Of a stretch of 34,032 nt of DNA, positions 1-8,683 are shown one piece after another. The position numbers were made by a program, and so were the translations under genes. Origin of the DNA: Bacteroidales bacterium UBA2764. Lineage in GTDB: Bacteria; Bacteroidota; Bacteroidia; Bacteroidales; Paludibacteraceae. Where the stretch lies: assembly GCA_002352705.1 (NCBI GenBank), contig DEIW01000042.1:14407-48438 (forward strand). The letters run 5' to 3'. Below the pieces are notes generated by a model that saw nothing but the letters and a program-made list of their open reading frames with translations, was not told the origin of the DNA and did no database searches. Every line of letters begins with the position of its first letter. The stretch's first letter is position 1.

Positions 1-1094
1 GAGAGCGACTGTGTCTCACCGCGGGTGAAGATAGAGGAACCGTGAGGGCCGGGCAGGTAACCTACCTCGCACCAGATCGGACGAATCTCCGTGGTCTTAC
101 GGCCATCGAGACGCTTGCCCTCATCGAGCACAGCACGACGCATTGCCTCTTTCTCTACATCATGATAGTAACGATCTACGAGTGCAGCTACCTCATCGAT
201 GTCGATGCCGAGAGCCTCTGCTCGTGCAGCCATGTAATCTGCTTTCTCGGTCTTGAAGTCCTCGCAAATCTGGCTGAACATCTCCTCGCGGTGGTGCTTG
301 TCAGTGTCAGCAGCGGTAGCCTGTGCATAAGCACGTGCGTACGAGTAGTCGTGTACAGCCTGCTTCAGCTCATCGTCGTTCACCTCATGGCAGTACTCGC
401 GTTTGGTCTCCTTGCCGTACGCCTTCATCATCTCGTTGATAGCCAGACACTGCGGTTTGATAGCCTCATGTGCAGCCTTGATAGCCTCCAGCATAACGGA
501 CTCCGGCACTTCCTTCATCTCGCCCTCCACCATCATGATGTTGTCATAAGTAGCTGCTACCATGAGTTCGAGGTCAGCATGCTCGCATTGTTCGAAAGTC
601 GGGTTGATGACCATCTTGCCATCTACGCGTGCAACGCGTACCTCGCTCACGGGACCCTCGAAGGGGATGTCTGAACAAGCGAGTGCCGCACCGGCAGCGA
701 GACCTGCGATAGACTCCGGCATGTCGATGCCGTCCGCTGAATACATGGTTACGTTCACGAAAGTCTCAGCGTGGTAGTTAGACGGGAAGAGAGGACGAAG
801 GGCACGGTCAATCAGACGTGCAATCAGAATCTCATAATCCGAAGCTTTACCCTCGCGGCGGGTGAATCCGCCCGGGAAGCGTCCTGCGGACGCAAATTTC
901 TCTTTGTACTCTACGGTCAAAGGCATAAAATCCGTGCCAGGAACCGCATCTTTGGCGGAGCAGACAGTAGCCAGAATCATCGTGTTGCCGAGCGTAGCCA
1001 TCACAGCTCCGTCGGCTTGTTTGGCGAGCTTGCCTGTCTCCAGTTTGATTACTCGTCCATCGGGGAGAGCAATCTCTTTTGTTACAATATTCAT
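1..1094 (-). CDS. pnp: Polyribonucleotide nucleotidyltransferase (PNPase), N-terminal ~364 aa; the 3' end runs off the window
   Basis: Absent from the ORF track because there is no stop in the window. Minus-strand translation from the ATG at 1094 reads [46 protein letters not shown]...[50 protein letters not shown]. This is the canonical PNPase first RNase-PH domain. The frame stays open to base 1. Confidence 0.9.
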   Translation of the reverse strand, partial: MNIVTKEIALPDGRVIKLETGKLAKQADGAVMATLGNTMILATVCSAKDAVPGTDFMPLTVEYKEKFASAGRFPGGFTRREGKASDYEILIARLIDRALRPLFPSNYHAETFVNVTMYSADGIDMPESIAGLAAGAALACSDIPFEGPVSEVRVARVDGKMVINPTFEQCEHADLELMVAATYDNIMMVEGEMKEVPESVMLEAIKAAHEAIKPQCLAINEMMKAYGKETKREYCHEVNDDELKQAVHDYSYARAYAQATAADTDKHHREEMFSQICEDFKTEKADYMAARAEALGIDIDEVAALVDRYYHDVEKEAMRRAVLDEGKRLDGRKTTEIRPIWCEVGYLPGPHGSSIFTRGETQSL

Positions 1095-1158
1095 CAATTT
1101 TTTTCAATTTAGGCCGCCGTTTGCGACCGGTTAATATATAGACCCACAAAAAGTCGTG

Positions 1159-1166
1159 CAAAGGTA
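1159..1166 (-). promoter_or_regulatory. Possible -7 box of the pnp promoter
   Basis: The reverse complement of caaaggta is TACCTTTG, which fits TAnnTTTG, 65 nt upstream of the pnp ATG. There is no clean -33 TTTG at the expected spacing. Confidence 0.35.
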
Positions 1167-1207
1167 CTGCTTTTTTTTGACATATGCAAGTAAAAAAGCA
1201 AAAAAGA

Positions 1208-2575
1208 TCAGTCTTTCGTTTCCTCCTTTGTTTCTTCGTCATGGGCACTCATGTTCTTGATAAACAAGTTTACAAGGTGTTTTGTGACGAAGGTATGGCG
1301 CACAGCATGCCGAACTTTATCCGCGGTAGCGGACCCTCCGTTTTCGCCAGCAGATATTTTCTCCGCTTCAGCGACTTGTTGTTCACGAAGGTCAATTTTT
1401 GCCCGTACTTTTTCGGGCGCATGCTTATAGAGGAACTGATAGCATGGCATAGCCGCTTTGATGATGTATGGTGTCAAGAAAGTGGTAACGACACTGGAAG
1501 CGACGATGATGGGGTATAGTGCAGGGTCGGTTACGCCCAGTTTGTTACCCAAAGCGGCGATGATGAACGAGAACTCTCCAATCTGCACATACGAGAAACC
1601 GGTCATCATGGAGTCCCGAAGCGTCTCTCCTCCCCACCAGCAACCTAAGGTTCCGAAGATAATCATACCTACGATGACCACCACGCAAACATTTAAGATA
1701 GCAGGCCAGTATTCCACCAGCGAAGCCGGATTAATCATCATACCAACCGAGACGAAGAATATAGCAGCGAAGACGTTTTTCAGCGGAGTCATGAGTTTCT
1801 CAATGCGGTGCGACTCCGTAGTCTCCGCCAGGATAGTACCCATCACAAAAGCCCCCAGCGCACTGCTGAAACCGGCTTCCTCGGCTGTTAAAACCATACC
1901 GAGGCACAGACCTAAAGAGATGATAATCAGCGTCTCGTCGTTGAGGTATGGTTTGAGTTTGCGCATCAGTGTAGGGATTACCAGAATCCCCAACACAAAC
2001 CATATAACCAATGTAACCGCTAAAACAAGCACTTTGTCGAGCAGTTCTGCTCCTTCAAACTGGTTCTTGATAGCTATACTGGAAAGCAAGACCATCAGTA
2101 CTACAGCCACAACATCCTCGATGATGAGAATACTTGTAGCGCCTTTGACAAACCGCTCCTTGTTCAGCCCCGCTTCGTCGATAGCTTTCATAACGATGGT
2201 GGTACTTGACATGCAGAGCATGCCCGCCAAGAAGAGAGAGTTCATCATGTTCAGACCGGCTAAATATCCTACGCTGTATCCTAAAAGCATCATACCGATG
2301 ATGATAGTGGCTCCGCCGATAGCTGCCACTTTTCCGCTCTGAAGCAGGTTCTTAATACGGAACTCCAAGCCGATACAGAAGAGCACAAAGAGCACACCGA
2401 TGTTGCCCCATGCTTCCACGTTCTCCGCATTGTTGATAAAACTTTCCCCAAAGAAATAGGGACCTACAATTACTCCGGCAACGATGTAGCCCAATACAAC
2501 AGGCTGTTTCAACAGCTTAAAAAGCAGACTGACGACTCCGGCGGTAATCATCAAAATGTATAAATCATGTACCAT
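1208..2575 (-). CDS. Cation:proton antiporter (CPA2/Kef-type membrane domain, no obvious RCK domain)
   Basis: 455-aa ORF, hydrophobic throughout. The N-terminus MVHDLYILMITAGVVSLLFKLLKQPVVLGYIVAGVIVGPYFFGE is typical of the Na+/H+ exchanger family. Confidence 0.8.
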   Translation of the reverse strand: MVHDLYILMITAGVVSLLFKLLKQPVVLGYIVAGVIVGPYFFGESFINNAENVEAWGNIGVLFVLFCIGLEFRIKNLLQSGKVAAIGGATIIIGMMLLGYSVGYLAGLNMMNSLFLAGMLCMSSTTIVMKAIDEAGLNKERFVKGATSILIIEDVVAVVLMVLLSSIAIKNQFEGAELLDKVLVLAVTLVIWFVLGILVIPTLMRKLKPYLNDETLIIISLGLCLGMVLTAEEAGFSSALGAFVMGTILAETTESHRIEKLMTPLKNVFAAIFFVSVGMMINPASLVEYWPAILNVCVVVIVGMIIFGTLGCWWGGETLRDSMMTGFSYVQIGEFSFIIAALGNKLGVTDPALYPIIVASSVVTTFLTPYIIKAAMPCYQFLYKHAPEKVRAKIDLREQQVAEAEKISAGENGGSATADKVRHAVRHTFVTKHLVNLFIKNMSAHDEETKEETKD

Positions 2576-2604
2576 GTTGATATGAATTTTTTATGCAAAC
2601 TAAA

Positions 2605-3666
2605 TCAGAGCAGCACAATCTCCACTCGTCGGTTCAACTGGCGGTTCTCTTCCGATGAATTGGGCAGTATAGGGTCCCGTTCTCCGCGGCCCTCAATCTC
2701 TATGCGTGATGATACGATGCCTCTCTCCACCATAGCTTTTTTGACCTCGCGGCATCTTCCCTCGGATAGCGCCTGATTGGATCTGTCCGAACCGATATTG
2801 TCGGTGTGCCCTACAATCCGGATTTTCTGTTTCGGACGGGATTTCAGGTATTGATATAACTCGTTCAGCGCCGGTTCCGAGGAAGCAAGGATACGTGTCT
2901 TGCCGGTTGCAAAATAGATATTATGCAGCACAAACGATTTGACTTCTCTCGGGGTCATGACAACGCCTTTGAAGTTCTCCGGCTTAACGATGGTATCGAA
3001 GTACGGGAAATAATCCACGGCAGTTGCCTCCACCGTATAATATGGCATGCGGTCGTCCAAAAGGACCGCGATCAGGGAATGGACACTGTCAGAGGTTGTT
3101 TGCAGAACCCGTTGCCGGTCAGCCTTCCGTACGATGAGATTGGCTACCACCGGTCTTCCTGTCAAAGAGTCCGTAACCGTGAAAGTGAGTCTCGTCTCCG
3201 GGTAGAGCGAGATAGCAATACTATCTTCATCCTTATGATGATCCAAAAAAACGGTGTCAGAAGGGAAGTATCCTAATCTGGCGGCATGAATCCAATATCT
3301 GGCAGCGGGAATAGCTTTCGAAACTCTGGCACGCTTTGAGTCCGTAGCTTTATTGATGATAGGTTTTTTATTCGGGCGCGCGTTTACATTCTGGGCTGTG
3401 ATATGTGTAGCGGACAGTTTCTCTCCGGAACGCAGGTCAAAGGTGTAAACGTAAAGCAGCGGTTTTCCTTCCTTCATGCGTTTTTTCTTAGCCGCTTTGG
3501 CTTTAGCCGCTCTTTTTTTCGCCGCCTTCCGTTTCGCCGCCTCCCGTTTGCGCATCTGTATCTCCTTGGCTTTGGCTCGTTTCTGTTGCGGGGTGAGGGC
3601 ATACAAATCAGAGCCTCCTATCAGAAGGGCCAGCATACATAATAATATGGATATACGCGCGCGCAT
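2605..3666 (-). CDS. OmpA-family protein (signal peptide, Lys/Ala-rich stretch, C-terminal OmpA peptidoglycan-binding domain)
   Basis: The C-terminus IRIVGHTDNIGSDRSNQALSEGRCREVKKAMVERGI...NRQLNRRVEIVLL matches the OmpA_C signature. The N-terminus is hydrophobic. Confidence 0.8.
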   Translation of the reverse strand: MRARISILLCMLALLIGGSDLYALTPQQKRAKAKEIQMRKREAAKRKAAKKRAAKAKAAKKKRMKEGKPLLYVYTFDLRSGEKLSATHITAQNVNARPNKKPIINKATDSKRARVSKAIPAARYWIHAARLGYFPSDTVFLDHHKDEDSIAISLYPETRLTFTVTDSLTGRPVVANLIVRKADRQRVLQTTSDSVHSLIAVLLDDRMPYYTVEATAVDYFPYFDTIVKPENFKGVVMTPREVKSFVLHNIYFATGKTRILASSEPALNELYQYLKSRPKQKIRIVGHTDNIGSDRSNQALSEGRCREVKKAMVERGIVSSRIEIEGRGERDPILPNSSEENRQLNRRVEIVLL

Positions 3667-3682
3667 ATTCTTTTTAAATAAC

Positions 3683-3710
3683 AGGAGGACAGTCTCGGGA
3701 CTGTCCTCCT
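3683..3710 (-). terminator. Perfect 12-bp stem / 4-nt loop hairpin immediately 3' of the tRNA (terminator or processing structure)
   Basis: aggaggacagtc-tcgg-gactgtcctcct. On the minus strand it is followed by GTTATTTAAAAAG. It sits 3 nt after the tRNA 3' end and 16 nt before the ATG of the next CDS. Confidence 0.5.
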
Positions 3711-3713
3711 GTG

Positions 3714-3788
3714 TGGTCCCACTTGGGCTTGAACCAAGGACCCCCTGATTATGAGTCAGGTGCTACTAACCAACTGAGCTATAGGACC
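3714..3788 (-). tRNA. tRNA with anticodon CAU (elongator tRNA-Met or lysidine-type tRNA-Ile2; cannot be resolved by eye)
   Basis: The reverse complement is GGTCCTATAGCTCAGTTGGTTAGTAGCACCTGACTCATAATCAGGGGGTCCTTGGTTCAAGCCCAAGTGGGACCA. The acceptor stem is 7 bp, the D-loop reads AGCTCAGTTGGTTAG, the anticodon stem-loop is CCTGA-CTCATAA-TCAGG, and the T-arm contains GGTTCAAGCCC. No CCA is encoded. Confidence 0.88.
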
Positions 3789-3812
3789 GTACCCTGTATG
3801 TATTATTTTGTA

Positions 3813-5459
3813 TTATCGGCTTTGACGGGCTCTGTTATAGATAACGAGGCCTTCGTCTTTGGTAATACGCATTTCTTTCTGTGTCAGTTCCGGAATGATC
3901 AGTTCAGTACCGGGCAGAAGGGCATTCGGGTTCTTAATCTTATCCATGTTAGCGACGTAGATATAAACCCAGCAATACGTATTGTTGTAATATTGGCGTG
4001 CAAGTCTTGCGAGAGTAGTGGATTTATCCGTTACAATCGTTTCGCTTGTGCGTTGCTTGTATTCATTTTTCTTCTCGGGGCGTGCGCTTTCAGAGAGGGG
4101 AACAGTCTTTATTGCCGGTTCATCTTCCACGCGCTCAGCACGCTTGCCCTCCAGTTCGGCTTTCAGGCGGTCGAATGTCTCTTTGTCCACGAGTCGGATA
4201 GCAGCTCGTCTATTCGGCGCATAGGAGCCCTGGCTGCGGCGTCCGACAACTTTACCCATACCGGCAGCGAAGACGTGGTCTTGCGGTAATCCGTATTCAG
4301 CCAACAACTCATCCTCGACCGTGTCCGCGCGTTTGTCGCCCAAAGCGTAGTTCAGACTGGAAGAACCCGTGTTGTCGCAATAACCGATGACAACAGCGTA
4401 CAACTCCTCGTCCTCCTGCATCCGGTCAGCCACCTGTTGGATAGTAACCAATGCTTTCTCGTCCAGGTTCGACTTGCCGTTATTGAAGTAAACATAGTAG
4501 TATTGCGGGTTCTCATGCTCGACAACGGATGCCGCGGAAGCCGTAGCCATCTGCTCAATCGTCTCGCGGATGATAATCGAGTCATGCTTGATGATAATCG
4601 TGTCGTGGAGTTTGGAGAAATCCGGTTTGTCCCACTCGTCCGTGCTGACGAGGTTACGAACGTGCGTTTTCGAAACCGCCATGAGTTTGAATCGCATGTT
4701 CAGCGTCACGTCAAAAATACCATCGTTGTTCTTCGACGCCACAGCCGGTATACCTGCATAACCACGTCCGTCAATTCGGTCGTGCATGAAGTAGTCGTAT
4801 GAAGCGCGAACACCGAGCGCGATAGTACGGTTGAGGTTGAACTCCACGTTTACACCCGCTTTGAGGAAGAATGCTCCGTGGTACTCATTCTGCTTATCCG
4901 GTCCTACTTCGTTGTTCTCGTTGATGTAGGTAGCCGTAGCTCCACGTTTGTGCGTCGGATCGTTTGTGGGGTCATCATGATACATCTTGTTGTTCTTATA
5001 GAAAGCATATCCGGCTCCGAAGAGGGGCTGAATATTCACGATTTTGCGTTTTGCTTTCGGAAAGAACAGGTTTACAAGATCCATGGATACATATGCCCCG
5101 ATCTGATGCATATGACCATTTAGGAGCGTGTCGGCATTCATGGCCCCCGGTTTTCCGGTTACCGTGTACATATCGTACATGTACCCCACGCCCAAACTCC
5201 ATACCGGCGTGAAGGAATACTCAATATCCAATCCACCGTTCGGGATAGCAACATTGTGCTTCATTTCCGACTCAAAGTCGCCGTCAAAAGCGTTGAATCC
5301 GACATGGGGAATCAAAGACCAATGAGAGAGGTCCTTTGCGACGTTCTCATTCTCATCAACTTTGTAGGGGTGTGCACCCTTTACCTTTTCCTCCGTATTC
5401 TGCGCCATAATGGCTACGGAAAAGAACAGAAACGGTAGTATCAATAAGCTTTTCTTCAT
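3813..5459 (-). CDS. Outer-membrane protein: N-terminal beta-barrel-like region, OmpA-like domain, and C-terminal LysM domain
   Basis: Signal peptide MKKSLLILPFLFFSVAIMAQ. OmpA-like core VVIGYCDNTGSSSLNYALGDKRADTV...NRRAAIRLV. The C-terminal ...TTLARLARQYYNNTYCWVYIYVANMDKIKNPNALLPGTELIIPEL is LysM-like. Confidence 0.8.
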   Translation of the reverse strand: MKKSLLILPFLFFSVAIMAQNTEEKVKGAHPYKVDENENVAKDLSHWSLIPHVGFNAFDGDFESEMKHNVAIPNGGLDIEYSFTPVWSLGVGYMYDMYTVTGKPGAMNADTLLNGHMHQIGAYVSMDLVNLFFPKAKRKIVNIQPLFGAGYAFYKNNKMYHDDPTNDPTHKRGATATYINENNEVGPDKQNEYHGAFFLKAGVNVEFNLNRTIALGVRASYDYFMHDRIDGRGYAGIPAVASKNNDGIFDVTLNMRFKLMAVSKTHVRNLVSTDEWDKPDFSKLHDTIIIKHDSIIIRETIEQMATASAASVVEHENPQYYYVYFNNGKSNLDEKALVTIQQVADRMQEDEELYAVVIGYCDNTGSSSLNYALGDKRADTVEDELLAEYGLPQDHVFAAGMGKVVGRRSQGSYAPNRRAAIRLVDKETFDRLKAELEGKRAERVEDEPAIKTVPLSESARPEKKNEYKQRTSETIVTDKSTTLARLARQYYNNTYCWVYIYVANMDKIKNPNALLPGTELIIPELTQKEMRITKDEGLVIYNRARQSR

Positions 5460-5502
5460 GATAGAAAAGAGGTGTTTGTTCCATTTTTCACAATTCAGGG
5501 TG

Positions 5503-5534
5503 CAAAGGTACTACTTTTTTTTGATATGACCAAA
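5503..5534 (-). promoter_or_regulatory. Bacteroides-type promoter for the OmpA/LysM gene
   Basis: On the minus strand, TTTG (reverse complement of 5531-5534), then 20 nt, then TACCTTTG (reverse complement of 5503-5510). The -7 box lies 44 nt upstream of the ATG at 5459. Confidence 0.6.
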
Positions 5535-5773
5535 TATTTTAAGAAAAAAATTAATTTTTTATAGTAAGTATTGCGTATATGGAAAATTTTCTGTAAATTT
5601 GCAGTCGATTTATGAAGGGGTCCAAAGCGTATGTCAGGCGCAAGCGGGATTGATAGTCGATAAGCCGCGTTTAATACCGAGAATCACGCACTTATCACGC
5701 ACTAAATTTCGGGGAAAGAAAGAAGGAAATCGGACATTTCGGGGGTAGAAAACCGTCGGTCGAAATGCGAGTG

Positions 5774-5805
5774 CAAAGATACGAAAAAAAATTGATATAT
5801 GCAAA
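5774..5805 (-). promoter_or_regulatory. Bacteroides-type consensus promoter with no ORF downstream (orphan)
   Basis: On the minus strand, TTTG (reverse complement of 5802-5805), then 20 nt, then TATCTTTG (reverse complement of 5774-5781). Confidence 0.5.
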
Positions 5806-5856
5806 TTTTTCGGAAAAAATCGGGAAAGAAAAACAGGTAAAGGGGAGAGGAAAATT

Positions 5857-5912
5857 GAGAATTGAGAATTGAGAATTGAGAATTGAGAATTGAGAATTGA
5901 GAATTGAAAATT
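5857..5912. repeat. GAGAATT heptamer tandem array (7 perfect copies plus 1 degenerate)
   Basis: gagaatt x7 at 5857-5905, then gaaaatt. The array ends 25 nt upstream of the pta ATG. Confidence 0.95.
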
Positions 5913-5936
5913 TAAAAATAACAAATATATAGCATT

Positions 5937-6935
5937 ATGGACATTTTAAATCAAATGATTGCACGCGCGAAGGCTAATCCTCAGCGTATTGTGTTGCCGG
6001 AAGGCGATGAACCGAGAACATTGGAAGCTGCCAATATCCTGTTGAAAGACAAGATTGCGCAGCTTATTTTGATTGGTGACCCAGAGAAAATCAAGGGCAT
6101 GGCAGCCGAGAAGGGATATGAGTATATCAAGGAGGCAAAGATTGTTGATCCTCTCCGTGATCCGAAGATGCCGGAGTATGCGAAGCTGCTGTTCGAACTG
6201 CGCAAGGCAAAAGGGATGACAGAGGAAGAGGCTGTAAAGAAAGCGCAAGATCCGCTGTATTTAGGTTGCCTGATGATCAAGGCAGGTGACGCAGACGGCG
6301 AGTTGGCAGGTGCCCGCGGTACGACGGCAGATACCATCCGTCCCGCCTTCCAGATATTGAAGACCAAACCGGGTTGCTCGATTGTAAGCGGTGCGTTCCT
6401 GATGTTCACCCCTGCCAAGCAGTTGGGCGAGAACGGTTTCCTGCTGTTCGCAGACTGTGCGGTCAACCCGAATCCCGACGCCAAGCAGTTGGCGGAGATT
6501 GCTATCTCGACGGCAGAGACGGCCCGCGCTATTGCAGGCATCGAGCCGCGCGTAGCGATGCTGAGCTTCAGCACGAAAGGCAGTGCAAAGCATGAGTTGG
6601 TGGACAAAGTAGCGGAGGCGACAAAGCTGGCTAAAGAGATGGCACCGGGTCTGGCATTGGACGGCGAGTTACAGGCTGACGCCGCACTGATTGAGAGCGT
6701 GGCCAAGACCAAAGCTCCGGGTAGTGCAGTAGCCGGTAAGGCAAATGTGCTTGTGTTCCCGGATTTGCAGGCAGGTAACATCGGCTACAAACTCGTTGAG
6801 CGCTTCAGCGGTGCTGATGCGGTAGGTCCGATTTTGCAAGGTATAGCTGCTCCGGTGAACGACCTGAGCCGCGGATGCAAGGTGCAGGATATTGTACAGA
6901 TGGTAGTAATCACAGCAAATCAAGCGATTAAGTAA
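5937..6935 (+). CDS. pta: Phosphate acetyltransferase
   Basis: 332-aa ORF. MDILNQMIARAKANPQRIVLPEGDEPRTLEAA...GARGTTADTIRPAFQILKT...NDLSRGC is the short-form Pta family. It lies upstream of ackA. Confidence 0.92.
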   Translation: MDILNQMIARAKANPQRIVLPEGDEPRTLEAANILLKDKIAQLILIGDPEKIKGMAAEKGYEYIKEAKIVDPLRDPKMPEYAKLLFELRKAKGMTEEEAVKKAQDPLYLGCLMIKAGDADGELAGARGTTADTIRPAFQILKTKPGCSIVSGAFLMFTPAKQLGENGFLLFADCAVNPNPDAKQLAEIAISTAETARAIAGIEPRVAMLSFSTKGSAKHELVDKVAEATKLAKEMAPGLALDGELQADAALIESVAKTKAPGSAVAGKANVLVFPDLQAGNIGYKLVERFSGADAVGPILQGIAAPVNDLSRGCKVQDIVQMVVITANQAIK

Positions 6936-6990
6936 TTGAGAATTGAGAATTGAGAATTCAGTCAATTGAGAATTCAGTCAATTGAGAATT
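6936..6990. repeat. GAGAATT heptamer block interrupted by CAGTCAATT units
   Basis: gagaatt x3, cagtcaatt, gagaatt, cagtcaatt, gagaatt. It fills the whole gap between the pta stop codon and the ATG at 6991. Confidence 0.95.
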
Positions 6991-7356
6991 ATGGCAAAGG
7001 GAGAAGAAAATGTCATTGCAACTAAATCAAAGTTATTTGCACTACGTGTAATTAATCTGTACAAATATCTTGTTGACAAAAACGAATACGTTCTCTCCAA
7101 ACAAATCCTTCGCTCCGGAACATCTGTAGGAGCAAATTGCCGTGAGTCTCGCAATGCTCAAAGTCTCCCTGATTTTGTTAACAAATTAAACATCGCATTA
7201 AAAGAAGCTGACGAAACTGCGTATTGGTTAGAATTATTGAAAGAAGGAAGTTTTATAGATGAACAAAGTTATACGTCTATCTATAATGATTGCGACGAAC
7301 TTATAAAACTACTTACATCAATAATAAAAACCAGCAAGAGGAGAATTGAGGATTGA
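6991..7356 (+). CDS. Four-helix-bundle protein (23S rRNA intervening-sequence protein / Avd-like family)
   Basis: MAKGEENVIATKSKLFALRVINLYKYL...ILRSGTSVGANCRESRNAQSLPDFVNKLNIALKEADETAYWLELL matches the TIGR02436/PF05635-type pattern from memory. The start is moved from the TTG at 6982 to the ATG at 6991. The last codons (RRIED*) are encoded by the downstream repeat. Confidence 0.85.
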   Translation: MAKGEENVIATKSKLFALRVINLYKYLVDKNEYVLSKQILRSGTSVGANCRESRNAQSLPDFVNKLNIALKEADETAYWLELLKEGSFIDEQSYTSIYNDCDELIKLLTSIIKTSKRRIED

Positions 7357-7384
7357 GAATTGAGAATTTATTCGATTGAGAATT
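7341..7384. repeat. GAGAATT heptamer block
   Basis: gagaatt gaggatt gagaatt gagaatt tattcgatt gagaatt. It overlaps the stop of the four-helix gene and ends 20 nt before the ackA ATG. Confidence 0.95.
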
Positions 7385-7403
7385 TATTAATCATTTTAAT
7401 ATT

Positions 7404-8594
7404 ATGAAGATATTAGTATTGAACTGCGGAAGCAGTAGTATCAAATACAAGCTCTTTGAGATGGAGAGCAAGCAGGTGATGGCACAAGGCGGCATTGAGA
7501 AAATCGGTCTGCCAGATTCGTTCCTGCTGGTCAAACTGCCGAACGGCGAGAAAGTGAAATTCGAGAAACCGATGCCGGAACACACTGTAGGTATCGAGCT
7601 GATTTTAGAGAAACTGGTGGACCCGCAGATCGGTTGTATCAAAGACCTGAAGGAAATCAACGCCGTAGGTCACCGCGTAGTGCATGGCGGCGAGAAATTC
7701 AACAAGTCGGTTCTCATTACTCCGGAGGTTAAGAAACAGATTATCGAGTGTATCGACCTGGCTCCGCTGCATAACCCCGCTAACCTGAAGGGTATTGATG
7801 CGATAGAGAAGATTTTGCCGGGCGTACCGCAGGTGGCAGTCTTCGACACCGCTTTCCATCAGACGATGCCGGATTACGCGTACATGTACGCGCTTCCTTA
7901 TGAATTATATGAGAAATATGCGATCCGCCGTTACGGATTCCACGGCACGAGTCACCGCTACGTGAGCGCACGTGTATGCGAGTTCCTCGGCGTAGATCCG
8001 AAGGGCAAGAAGATCGTTACCGCACATATCGGCGGCGGCGGCAGTTGCACAGCGGTCATGGACGGCAAGAGCGTTGATACCTCGATGGGTCTGACCCCGG
8101 TAGAAGGTCTCGTCATGGGTACCCGCGCCGGCGACCTCGATCTCGGTGCTGCTACCTTCATCATGGATAAGGAGCATCTGGACACCGCAGCCTTCAATAA
8201 CCTCGTGAACAAGAAATCCGGTCTGCTCGGTATCAGTGGTGTATCCAGCGACTGCCGTGATATTGAAGCAGCGATCAAAGAAGGCAACAAACGCGCCGAC
8301 CTCGCCCGCAAGATGTTCATCTACCGTCTGAAGAAATACATCGGAGCCTATGCAGCAGCGATGAACGGCATTGATATTCTGGTATTTACAGCCGGTATTG
8401 GTGAGAACGATCCGTATATCCGCGCAGAGGTAATGAAAGGTCTGTCGTTCCTCGGCATCGAGTTGGACGAAGAGGCTAACAACGTACGCGGCGAGGAGCG
8501 CATCATCTCGAAGAAGGGTTCGAAGGTAACCGTTTGTCTGATTCCGACAGACGAGGAGCTGATGATTGCAAGCGATACTATGGCGCTCATTTGA
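7404..8594 (+). CDS. ackA: Acetate kinase
   Basis: MKILVLNCGSSSIKYKLF...VGHRVVHGG...AFHQTMP...YGFHGTSH...TAHIGGGGS are canonical acetate kinase motifs. Confidence 0.95.
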   Translation: MKILVLNCGSSSIKYKLFEMESKQVMAQGGIEKIGLPDSFLLVKLPNGEKVKFEKPMPEHTVGIELILEKLVDPQIGCIKDLKEINAVGHRVVHGGEKFNKSVLITPEVKKQIIECIDLAPLHNPANLKGIDAIEKILPGVPQVAVFDTAFHQTMPDYAYMYALPYELYEKYAIRRYGFHGTSHRYVSARVCEFLGVDPKGKKIVTAHIGGGGSCTAVMDGKSVDTSMGLTPVEGLVMGTRAGDLDLGAATFIMDKEHLDTAAFNNLVNKKSGLLGISGVSSDCRDIEAAIKEGNKRADLARKMFIYRLKKYIGAYAAAMNGIDILVFTAGIGENDPYIRAEVMKGLSFLGIELDEEANNVRGEERIISKKGSKVTVCLIPTDEELMIASDTMALI

Positions 8595-8661
8595 TTTACC
8601 ATTTGGTCATTTACAATATGTTCATTTATTTGGACATTTAGTAATTTAGACATTTTACCAT
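8587..8661 (+). repeat. Dispersed 'CATTTAC' element, copy 1
   Basis: tcatttgatttaccatttggtcatttacaatatgttcatttatttggacatttagtaatttagacattttaccat. It overlaps the ackA stop codon. Confidence 0.85.
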
Positions 8662-8683
8662 AGAAAGACACACAACAATAATA

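Noticed and set aside
3711-4289. 192-aa plus-strand ORF
   Set aside because: Its start overlaps the tRNA gene, and its body is antisense to the OmpA/LysM CDS.
5634-5924. 96-aa minus-strand ORF (MLFLNFQFSILNSQFSILNSQFSI...)
   Set aside because: Its N-terminal third is simply the translation of the GAGAATT array, and the rest is low-complexity sequence. A consensus promoter lies inside it.
5857-7384. Slipped-strand contingency locus controlling pta or ackA by frameshifting
   Set aside because: The heptamer arrays lie outside the pta and ackA reading frames. Only the last codons and the stop of the four-helix-bundle gene are inside an array, so copy-number change cannot switch pta or ackA on or off by frameshift.
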